Of a DNA stretch of 64,000 nucleotides, positions 57,601-64,000 are shown piece by piece. Source of the DNA: Ostreococcus lucimarinus (taxonomy: Eukaryota); the NCBI GenBank assembly GCA_000092065.1, contig CP000597.1; one strand, given 5' to 3'. The notes beneath the pieces were generated by a model. It did no database searches. It was not told where the DNA came from and was given only the letters and a program-made list of their open reading frames with translations. The stretch's first letter is position 1; each line of letters begins with the position of its first letter. Both the position numbers and the translations under genes were made by a program.

Positions 57601-60113
57601 TGACCACGTTGAGTTTTGAACCTGGGAGCACGATTTCGGCGAAAGAAATCAGTCGAAAGCTACTCAATAACAAGAAGACCCTCGTGACGTACTCCCCTTC
57701 GGCGACTGAGGCGGTCGCCGTCACGACGAACTTGATGACAGACACTTACGCGTTACGCTCTCAGTATCAACCCGAGATTTCGTGTATGTGCAACTGCTTA
57801 GCGAAAGATCAAACGATCACGATGTCTGCCATGACGTGTTGCGCGTATAACAGAACCATTGAGTCAACGTGTCGAGTAGCGGCATTGGCACGTCTTGCGG
57901 GCGGGACGTATTGCGTCAAGTCTCCAAAAGGCTACGATGTACAAAGAGACATCGTTTCTATGGGGCTATCGTGCTCGTCCATGATAGATGACAGTATCGA
58001 TAGTTACTTACTAGACGTCCAAGAGCCATCGGTGCCTTGTGACATGCAACCGACGGGATCGCCGTGCGACGTCTTGTACGTTGACGAGTACGACGGCACG
58101 CGCTATAGTCACACGCTGTACGGACATCAAACAGCCTTACACGGTATGCCGACCGTCATCAACAACGTGAATAGTGCTATTTTGCGCAAGCGCACGTCCG
58201 ATTCTAGTGCGAGCATCACGACTACGATTCACTGGTATCCGAGCGCGGTGAATACACTGAAGGAAGGAGACATCGAAGAGCCGGACAACTCTGGAACTAC
58301 GTTCATCGTTTCCATGTTCGTCGTCATGGGGCTCGCTGTTCTCAGTGCTGGGATTTCAATCTTTCCAGTGTACGAACGATGCAATAACTCCAAACACTTA
58401 CAGCTCGTGAGTGGAATCGATAAACGAATTTATTGGCTGGCGCACTACGTCGCAGACGCCATACAGCTCGTTATTCCGTTCGCCGTCATCGTCGTCATTT
58501 TTGCCGGTTTCAATGCGTCTTACTTCCAAGGTCAACTCGGGGCGATCACTGTTTTGTTGGGTTTTTTCATGTTGACCTCTATTCCACACGCGCATTATCA
58601 AGGATTTTGGTACACTAGCGAATACTACACCTTTGTTGGGCAAATCGGAACAAACACCACCGTTGGCGTGATCACCACCATCGCCGGTATCGTCACCGAT
58701 GCCCTGAAAGACTTGAATAAAGAGACGTTGTTGGTGAGCAAAATCTTCAATTACACGTTTCCGCTCATCATTCCGCACTTTAGTTTCGGGAAAGGTCTAT
58801 ACGACATCGCACAAAATGGTTTGGACAAGACGCGGAAAATTTTCCGCGAGGATTGCATGTGCCTCGTCCCCGTCGTACCAAAGGGTTCTTTCAACGTCAT
58901 CGCCGACGATTTGGGCTATTTGATCGGAACATTTTTCATGTGGAGCGCTTTGTTGTTTTACAAAGAGTATAAAGAGATTTTCGCAAGTTGGATACTGATG
59001 AAACGTGGAAACTCGCAAGAGGTATCGCCGAGCGTCGACGAAGATGAAGACGTGCGAGCCGAGCGCGAACGCGTGCTCTCAGGAGACATCGACGGTGATG
59101 GCGTCATCATGGACCGCTTATCCAAGACGTACAAAGGCTTGTCAGCGAGTTCTACAAAGCTCGCCGTTCGAAATCTCAGCGTGGGTCTACATCGCGATCA
59201 ATGCTTTGGTTTGCTCGGCATCAACGGCGCGGGAAAGACGACGACATTCAAGATGCTCACGGGCGAGTTCCCACCATCTGCGGGTGACGCGATCATTCAA
59301 GATCGAGACGGTGCGTCTCACAGTGTGCGTACTGATCTTAACGACGCGCGACGATTGATGGGATATTGTCCTCAGTTCAACGGCTTGCAACCAAACTTTA
59401 CCGCACGCGAGCACATTGAATTCTACGCCGCCATTCGCGGAATGCCGACGGAGATGATTCCGCGCGTGACGGAAGATCTGCTGCAGCGTATGGGTTTGAC
59501 TTTGTATGCCGATAGACAAGCTGGAACATACAGTGGAGGCAACAAGCGTAAGCTTTCTGTCGCGTTGTCGCTCGTCGGCGAACCAGAAGTCGTCTTCTTG
59601 GATGAACCATCAACTGGTATGGATCCCGAAGCGAGACGGTTCATGTGGGACGTGATCTCGTCCATGATGGTTGGACGCACGATTGTTCTCACATCGCACT
59701 CTATGGAGGAGTGTGAGGCACTCTGTAATCGCATCGGTATCATGGTGAGTGGCGAGTTCAAGTGTCTTGGCTCCTTGCAGCACTTGAAGTCGCGCTTTAG
59801 TGAAGGATACTCCATCGATCTGCGCTTTTCCGACGGAAAAGGAAACGCCGTTATGGAAGCGCTACGAGCCAAACACGGAGACATTGGAGCGGAGATAGTA
59901 GAAACACACGCCACAGAAATTAAACTTCGCGTGATGAATCCCGAAATGAAACTTTGGCGTATTTTTGACGCCGTCGAAGCTTTGAAGCAGTCGGACGACG
60001 ACGGCGCAAGAATTGACGACTACTCCGTGTCGCAGACGACTTTAGAGCAGGTCTTCATCCGATTTGCAAAGGAGCAAACCGAGGAGATACACGCGGCACC
60101 GGGATTACAGTAG
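54672..60113 (+). CDS. ABC transporter, subfamily A (full transporter: TMD-NBD-TMD-NBD), 1813 aa, single exon.
   Basis: ATG at 54672. An N-terminal TM then a large extracellular domain, as in ABCA. NBD1 reads LLGHNGAGKTTTISVLTG, signature LSGGMKRKLSLAIAF, FLDEPTSGMDP. NBD2 reads LLGINGAGKTTTFKMLTG, YSGGNKRKLSVALSL, FLDEPSTGMDP. Confidence 0.85.
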   Translation: MRKNYLLKTKGVLRCCTLCEILVPVIFLGLMCLPKALVPDSRTNDELSRPYALAGGIESVNQRTPRGFRFVVAPASAETLELGRRAYVHAMCLSERSIAKDRSYANDFEDGKKNLLNLMDDQVQASSNVATGVKSAFAALSYDVTAMPAACSDACLQDSSCVTSTWDAILDEVVVTKADEAAAMAYVASRPGEVFAYARFDSGGNVASTRAFAYTLRLNSTNVANEDKAVAAFMEDDFTGRWDSAYNTDDWAKYKSFAYAQNAFDAAIIDMKDGGSAYSVTLDTSLKPFPWLGFDYNVGGVIAAAFYGFVGSLAFQTNVVLVMKSIVVEKELRLREGMKMMGMSNTMFWWSWFFTHWLSAMISVVLITLVGIYPFSYTNQFIQFIFYTFWVASLTLWNFWISTFFSKSITATIVGCFAYVLTMVPSIAVRITQPEGSGAWILACIFPSGAMNMWGAALAILEVNKKGITMETFNEDVTLKGNVTCAGILGMVIFDCLFYAFLTFYFDAVWKTEYGTRQPPWFLFTRKYWCGDASKVIDDETLGMHEQESGDAVEPLTKQQMKSASVVVRGLTKKFGDEVTAVDNLSMTFVPGQVSGLLGHNGAGKTTTISVLTGMIERTSGRATIDGYDTKTQMREIRAGLGICPQFDVLWPTLTVREHLQLYAAFAGMQKEDVERELKQVVEEVALTEKIDANSKDLSGGMKRKLSLAIAFIGSPSVVFLDEPTSGMDPYSRRFTWDVIRKRAANCTVLLTTHFLDEADLLCDRVAIMSAGHLACIGSPLFLKSKFGTGYLLTFARHSRASSTQIASMTQHNSNAMLRVIQHFVPKAVVHSDVGAELSFSLPFESTGDFSALFKALDEQIGNLGYASYGISCTTLEEVFLSLAHGVKAASTAQSKGKVVDLDAPVEEADECEDLDAKLVAGNRKDIRQTYAKGGALLRIQLKRLLWKRWLNWRRSMRSIFMQLLVPCLLVVLALYLTTLSFEPGSTISAKEISRKLLNNKKTLVTYSPSATEAVAVTTNLMTDTYALRSQYQPEISCMCNCLAKDQTITMSAMTCCAYNRTIESTCRVAALARLAGGTYCVKSPKGYDVQRDIVSMGLSCSSMIDDSIDSYLLDVQEPSVPCDMQPTGSPCDVLYVDEYDGTRYSHTLYGHQTALHGMPTVINNVNSAILRKRTSDSSASITTTIHWYPSAVNTLKEGDIEEPDNSGTTFIVSMFVVMGLAVLSAGISIFPVYERCNNSKHLQLVSGIDKRIYWLAHYVADAIQLVIPFAVIVVIFAGFNASYFQGQLGAITVLLGFFMLTSIPHAHYQGFWYTSEYYTFVGQIGTNTTVGVITTIAGIVTDALKDLNKETLLVSKIFNYTFPLIIPHFSFGKGLYDIAQNGLDKTRKIFREDCMCLVPVVPKGSFNVIADDLGYLIGTFFMWSALLFYKEYKEIFASWILMKRGNSQEVSPSVDEDEDVRAERERVLSGDIDGDGVIMDRLSKTYKGLSASSTKLAVRNLSVGLHRDQCFGLLGINGAGKTTTFKMLTGEFPPSAGDAIIQDRDGASHSVRTDLNDARRLMGYCPQFNGLQPNFTAREHIEFYAAIRGMPTEMIPRVTEDLLQRMGLTLYADRQAGTYSGGNKRKLSVALSLVGEPEVVFLDEPSTGMDPEARRFMWDVISSMMVGRTIVLTSHSMEECEALCNRIGIMVSGEFKCLGSLQHLKSRFSEGYSIDLRFSDGKGNAVMEALRAKHGDIGAEIVETHATEIKLRVMNPEMKLWRIFDAVEALKQSDDDGARIDDYSVSQTTLEQVFIRFAKEQTEEIHAAPGLQ

Positions 60114-60146
60114 ATATTGTACAGTATATTGCAACGAAATAAATCG

Positions 60147-61793
60147 CTACCCAGACGCCGCAGGCGTCTCCAAGCAAACACCTCTGGCGTCGAGCTTTCT
60201 CGCGCGCGTCATGGACGCGGGGTGCAGCAACGCGTTGATTTCCGCCACCGTTGCGTAAGTCGCAGCTATTTCAGCGACAGGTCGCCCGGTGGCCAACGCC
60301 TCTTTCGCCACCGCCGAAGATTTTTTGTATCCAATCAACGGCAAGAGAGCAGTGACGATGCCGATGGAGTTTTCGACGGATTTCTTGCACACTTCCTCGT
60401 TCGCCGTGATGCCGTCGATACACTTCACGCGGAGAGTGTTAAGTCCACGCTCCATCATATCCATATTATTCAATAAATTGTAAACGATCAACGGTTCAAA
60501 AACGTTCAACTGCAACTGCGCCGCCTCCGACGCGTGGGCAATCGAAGCGTCTGTGCCCATGATTTGAAAACACACCTGGTTCATCACTTCTGGGATGACG
60601 GGATTGATTTTACCTGGCATGATAGAGCTTCCAGGGGCAACTGCAGGAAGATTGATTTCATTAAACCCACATCGCGGGCCGCTGGACAGCAACCGCAAAT
60701 CGTTGCAGATTTTTGAAATCTTCACGGCGACGCGGCGCAAGATGTTAGAAAACAACAGAAAACTCGACGTCGAGCTCGATGCCTCAATAAAATCTTGCGG
60801 TGAGCGTAACGGAAGTCCGGTGAGCTCCGATAATGCCGCCACAGCCTCCTCAGAAAACGCCTCGTCGGCGCAAATCGAAGTCCCGATCGCGGTGCCGCCG
60901 AGATTCATCTCATACATTTGGTCGACGTTTCGTTCCAGAAACGTCAAATCCGCCTCTAGCGTCGCCGCAAACGAGTGAAATTCTTGACCCAGCGTCATTG
61001 GTACCGCATCTTGAAGCTGTGTGCGTCCCATCTTGATTATTCCTTGAAACTCGTCACCCTTCGCGCGCAAACTGACGATCATCTTTTTCAACGCCTCGAC
61101 GACGATGCCGTGCTTCAACACTACCGCGAGTTTTGCGGCGCTCGGGTACGCATCGTTCGTGCTTTGACACAAATTTACGTGATCATTCGGATTTACCACG
61201 CTGTACTCGCCGATGGGCACCCCCAAAAACCGCGCCGCCAAATTCGCGATCACCTCGTTCGCGTTCATATTCGTCGACGTCCCGGCGCCGCCCTGAATGA
61301 CGTCCACCGCGAAGTGATGATGATGTTCCTCCGAATCGATCAGCTCATCGCACGCGAACGATATAGCGCGATACACATCATCCGGCAGCAGCCCTATCTT
61401 CCGATTCGCCACCGCGCACGCCTTCTTCGTCAACGCCAGCGCTCGTATGAATTCCGGGTACTTTCTCAGCGTCGTCCCCGTGATGTGATAATTTTCCATC
61501 GCCCGCGCCGTGGCGATCCCGTACAGCGCCTCCGACGGTATTTCCATCGACCCGAGCAAATCGCTCTCCGTGCGGTGCGTTTTCACGTGCTCGAACCGCA
61601 CCGAGGCGTACGCGCGACGTCGTAACGCTTTTTCCCCATCTTGTCCCGCCAAGTGCCCAGCGGTCGTTACGCCGCTCCACGGCGCCTCATCGCGACGCGC
61701 GCCCTCGAGCGCGCGTCCGCGGCGCAGCATAAATATCGCGCTTTCATCGCGCGCCAGCGCGCGCAGCGCTCGCGCGCTCGAGCGCGCGAACAT
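60147..61793 (-). CDS. aspA: Aspartate ammonia-lyase (aspartase; fumarate-lyase superfamily) of bacterial type, with a mitochondrial-type presequence.
   Basis: GSSIMPGKINPVIPEVMNQVCFQIMG, QLQLNVFEP, IDGITANEEVC and NSIGIVTALLPLIGY follow E. coli AspA ([26 protein letters not shown]...INGITANKEVC...NSIGIVTYLNPFIG), not fumarase C (NPTQCEALT). The ATG at 61791-61793 begins MFARSSARALRALARDESAIF. The ORF-track start at 61811 is TTG. Confidence 0.8.
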   Translation of the reverse strand: MFARSSARALRALARDESAIFMLRRGRALEGARRDEAPWSGVTTAGHLAGQDGEKALRRRAYASVRFEHVKTHRTESDLLGSMEIPSEALYGIATARAMENYHITGTTLRKYPEFIRALALTKKACAVANRKIGLLPDDVYRAISFACDELIDSEEHHHHFAVDVIQGGAGTSTNMNANEVIANLAARFLGVPIGEYSVVNPNDHVNLCQSTNDAYPSAAKLAVVLKHGIVVEALKKMIVSLRAKGDEFQGIIKMGRTQLQDAVPMTLGQEFHSFAATLEADLTFLERNVDQMYEMNLGGTAIGTSICADEAFSEEAVAALSELTGLPLRSPQDFIEASSSTSSFLLFSNILRRVAVKISKICNDLRLLSSGPRCGFNEINLPAVAPGSSIMPGKINPVIPEVMNQVCFQIMGTDASIAHASEAAQLQLNVFEPLIVYNLLNNMDMMERGLNTLRVKCIDGITANEEVCKKSVENSIGIVTALLPLIGYKKSSAVAKEALATGRPVAEIAATYATVAEINALLHPASMTRARKLDARGVCLETPAASG

Positions 61794-61866
61794 TTCGATC
61801 GCGCGTCGCAAAGTCGCGAATTCCGCGCCCGCGCCACGTCAGCACATCACACGCCGACGCCGACCG
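61794..61866. promoter_or_regulatory. Putative bidirectional promoter and 5'-UTR spacer (73 bp) between the divergent aspartase and TPM-domain genes.
   Basis: Only 73 bp separate the two opposing ATGs (61793 minus, 61867 plus). No TATA is evident. The call rests on position only. Confidence 0.3.
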
Positions 61867-62655
61867 ATGCCGACCGTCGCGCGCGCGCCGGCGCGATGCG
61901 CGCGCGCGACGCGCGCGACCGCCGGCGCGACGCGCGCGCGACGCCGCGACGCGACGCCGCGAGGGACGACGGCGCGACGGCGCGACGAAATCGTCCGCCG
62001 CGGCGCGCGCGATCGCGCCGACGACGCCGCGGCGGCGCCGGTCGACGCGTTCGACGCGGTGAAACGCGGCGCGGCGTCGCTTGCGTTGGCGCTGACGCTC
62101 AGCGCGCACGCGTGCGCGCCCGCGAGCGCGCGATTGGAGGGGGTGAACAACCCGGCGCTGCTGCCGCCGGGACCCGCGGCGCCGGTGCTCGACGTCGCGG
62201 GATACCTCACGAAATCCGACGTCGCGCGCCTGACGACCGAGGTCGAGGCCCTGGAGAAAGACACGGGCGTGCGGTTGCGCGTGCTCGCGCAGGCGTACCC
62301 GCAGACGCCGGGATTGGCGGTGAAGGAGTACTGGAACGTGGACGACGACACCGTCGTCTTCGTCGCCGATCCGGGCTTGGGGAACATTTTAAACTTTAGC
62401 GTCGGTGGGAATCTCGATTTAGAGATCCCGCCCTCGTTTTGGACGCGGTTGGCGAATAAGTACGGCACGAAGTTTTACTGGAGCGAACGCGGGGAGGAGG
62501 CGAGCATCTCCGCCGCGGTGCGAGCCATCGACGCGTGCGCGCGCGAGCCGTCGGGGCGCGCCAAGTGCTCGAAAATTATGGAGTACGACGACGGCGGCGC
62601 CGGCGGATTCACCGACGGCGACGCCCCCAAGGGTTTAGGCAAGTTTTTTAAATAA
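61867..62655 (+). CDS. TPM-domain (TLP18.3/Psb32-like) thylakoid-lumen protein.
   Basis: TPM_phosphatase-like LDVAGYLTKSDVARLTTEVEALEKDTGVRLRVLAQAY...DDDTVVFVADPGLGNILNFSVGGNL. The N-terminus MPTVARAPARCARATRATAGATRARRRD... has a hydrophobic ASLALALTLSAHACAPASA before the mature domain, i.e. a bipartite transit-plus-lumenal signal. ATG at 61867. Confidence 0.55.
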   Translation: MPTVARAPARCARATRATAGATRARRRDATPRGTTARRRDEIVRRGARDRADDAAAAPVDAFDAVKRGAASLALALTLSAHACAPASARLEGVNNPALLPPGPAAPVLDVAGYLTKSDVARLTTEVEALEKDTGVRLRVLAQAYPQTPGLAVKEYWNVDDDTVVFVADPGLGNILNFSVGGNLDLEIPPSFWTRLANKYGTKFYWSERGEEASISAAVRAIDACAREPSGRAKCSKIMEYDDGGAGGFTDGDAPKGLGKFFK

Positions 62656-62660
62656 TTTTT

Positions 62661-62690
62661 CGCTTCGTTTCGCTTCGTTTCGCTTCGTTC
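62661..62690. repeat. (CGCTTCGTTT)3 tandem decamer in the 3' UTR of the TPM-domain gene.
   Basis: cgcttcgtttcgcttcgtttcgcttcgttc is read directly, immediately after the TAA stop at 62653-62655. Confidence 0.8.
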
Positions 62691-62922
62691 CGCGCTCGGC
62701 GTCGCCGCGAGCCGCGCGCGCCTTCGCGCCGCCGCGAAAACCCACACACGAGGGTTTTAATGACGCTCCCATCGAACGCCGACCCGTCGCCCCCGCACAC
62801 TTCGTCGCCCGCGCGCGCGAACCGCTCAAAAGTTCGCACGGTTTTTACCGCACGACCTCGTTCCGCTCGATCGCCCTCGCGCTCGTCGCACAGACGCACA
62901 GACGCGCACTCATCGCGCCATC

Positions 62923-63306
62923 ATGTTCACCCGCTCGCCGACCGCGGCGACGATCAAAACGCCGCTCGTCGCGCACCGCGCGACGCGCCGCACCGCGCGA
63001 CGCGCGGTGACCACGGCGGGGATGAAATCTTCCGAGTGCCAAGCCATGGGCGACCGCGTGCTCGTGCTCGCGGACAAGGCGGAGAGCCAAACCAAGGGTG
63101 GGCTGTTTTTGGCGGGCGGCGCGGGCGCGGGCGGACCGGGATCGAGCGTCACGGGAAAAGTGGCGAGCGTCGGTGAAAACGTGAAGGGAATCAAAAAAGG
63201 GGACGCGGTGCTGATCAATGGATTCTCGGGGACGGAGGTTGAGTTCGAGGATGGTGAGAAGGGGAAGTTTATCAACGCCGTCGACGTGTTGGCGGTGCTC
63301 GGATAG
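62923..63306 (+). CDS. 10-kDa chaperonin (Cpn10/GroES), organelle-targeted.
   Basis: DRVLVLADKAESQTKGGLFLAGGAGAGG...GKVASVGENVKGIKKGDAVLINGFSGTEVEFEDGEKGKFINAVDVLAVLG is a GroES fold with its mobile loop. The presequence MFTRSPTAATIKTPLVAHRATRRTARRAVTTAG precedes it. ATG at 62923. Confidence 0.8.
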   Translation: MFTRSPTAATIKTPLVAHRATRRTARRAVTTAGMKSSECQAMGDRVLVLADKAESQTKGGLFLAGGAGAGGPGSSVTGKVASVGENVKGIKKGDAVLINGFSGTEVEFEDGEKGKFINAVDVLAVLG

Positions 63307-63477
63307 ACGAGAGACGTCGCGCCGAAAACGCCCGCACGATCGCCGATCGAATGATTTGTCAATAAATACCACAGTTAAATGATTTTTAAAGCGCGCTTCG
63401 CGTTCGTTTTGTGATTAGATTACATGAATGACGCGCGCGGTGTAGTGATGATGAATCGAGAAACCGACGCCGACTGC

Positions 63478-64000
63478 TTAATGGTCGGCGTCCGGGTTGT
63501 GGAAGTGGAACTTGCTCGCGCCGAGCGCTTCCATGACGGAATCGAAGATACCGAATTGACCGGCGGTGAGAGTACCGATCATGACGCAACGCGCGGCCAA
63601 ACCTTGGGTGCAGAGCTTGACAACGCCAGTCTCCGCGGCGATGCGGCCGAGACGCGTCACAATGGAACCGGTGCCCCCCGCGCCGGCTTTGTTCACCTTA
63701 GACAACAAGGTATCGGCGGGGTGGGAGATGATGGCGGCGACGACACCAGCGACGACACCAGAAGACAGAGAGACGGAGACGTTTTCAGAGCTCGTGCATT
63801 CCTTGGGAGACTTGCCCATGGACTCGTAGATGGCTTCGGCGGCGCGCCCTTGGACGGCGAACTTGGCCATGGTGTACGGCACTTGCTTGGCCAGAATCGG
63901 ACCGAAACCAGAGTAGAAACCGCTGATGATGCCTTCTTCGCTCGCCATCTTCGCCATGGCGCTGAGAGTGGACGGCGCGTACGTCGGGTTGGACACCAAA
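63478..64000 (-). CDS. Mitochondrial carrier family protein (phosphate-carrier-like), C-terminal part. The gene continues beyond the window end.
   Basis: Carrier repeat features: PADTLLSKVNK (the Px[DE]xx[KR] signature variant), GFYSGFGPILAKQVPYTMAKFAVQ, and a C-terminal TM (GVVKLCTQGLAARCVMIGTLTAGQFGIFDSVMEAL). Stop at 63478. Confidence 0.6.
   Translation of the reverse strand, partial: LVSNPTYAPSTLSAMAKMASEEGIISGFYSGFGPILAKQVPYTMAKFAVQGRAAEAIYESMGKSPKECTSSENVSVSLSSGVVAGVVAAIISHPADTLLSKVNKAGAGGTGSIVTRLGRIAAETGVVKLCTQGLAARCVMIGTLTAGQFGIFDSVMEALGASKFHFHNPDADH

Noticed and set aside
40881-61793. Recurrent MFAR N-termini (LHC MFARTLN at 40881; aspartase MFARSSARAL at 61793), considered as a shared targeting signal or repeat.
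   Set aside because: The shared element is only four residues, in differently targeted proteins (plastid versus mitochondrion-like). It is most likely coincidence arising from Ala/Arg-rich presequences.
1-64000. tRNA, rRNA or snoRNA genes.
   Set aside because: No cloverleaf-compatible segment with a conserved GTTC/T-loop plus anticodon arm was recognised by eye. No rDNA-like conserved stretches were seen. Small RNAs cannot be excluded without a covariance-model scan (tRNAscan-SE or Infernal).

Overview
This window is not prokaryotic. It is a very GC-rich, gene-dense nuclear segment of a photosynthetic picoeukaryote. It carries about 40 protein-coding genes on both strands, roughly one per 1.6 kb. 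Most genes are single continuous ORFs, and a few contain short spliceosomal introns. Composition, compactness, rare introns, Arg/Ala-rich organellar presequences and the gene content together suggest a prasinophyte green alga of the Mamiellophyceae, Micromonas-like; this is inference. The diagnostic gene content is an LHC chlorophyll a/b protein, ferredoxin-NADP reductase, RbcX, a Ycf36/DUF1230 protein, a TPM-domain lumenal protein, kinesin-13, PP6, a MYST acetyltransferase, a cyclin, TRAPPC8, Vms1/ANKZF1 and RPC34. Other recognisable genes include importin-5 (partial), an FtsH-type M41 peptidase-domain protein, diaminopimelate decarboxylase, GDP-mannose 3,5-epimerase, a Nopp140/SRP40-like protein, a 6TM voltage-sensor cation channel and an RlmI-type methyltransferase. 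The window also carries a flavin monooxygenase, a pepsin-type aspartic protease, a CCA/poly(A) nucleotidyltransferase, a receptor-like kinase, a choline-transporter-like protein, an ABCA transporter, an aspartate ammonia-lyase, Cpn10 and a partial mitochondrial carrier. I found no CRISPR array, no transposase, integrase or reverse-transcriptase gene, no prokaryote-style operon or defence island, and no rRNA; no tRNA was recognised by eye. Many long ORFs in the six-frame track are GC-composition artefacts: Arg/Ala-rich antisense or intergenic frames, and a poly-Glu mirror of a Ser-rich gene. Several listed ORF starts are non-ATG codons, so true starts were re-derived from in-frame ATGs or inferred to lie in an upstream exon. 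The most noteworthy items follow. A cation channel has a non-canonical TLTGIGQ pore filter. Several bacterial-type enzymes are nuclear-encoded with organellar presequences: aspartase, RlmI, a PotD-like binding protein and a TauE-like exporter. A KIF24-like kinesin-13 has a SAM-like N-terminus. A Vms1/ANKZF1 gene carries a TACTAAC-branch intron. A 67-bp tandem duplication straddles the stop codon of the protease gene, and an 82-bp duplication sits in a long intergenic region. Divergent gene pairs share extremely short spacers, in one case with opposing ATGs overlapping in a CATG. I see no clear evidence of a novel multigene system.
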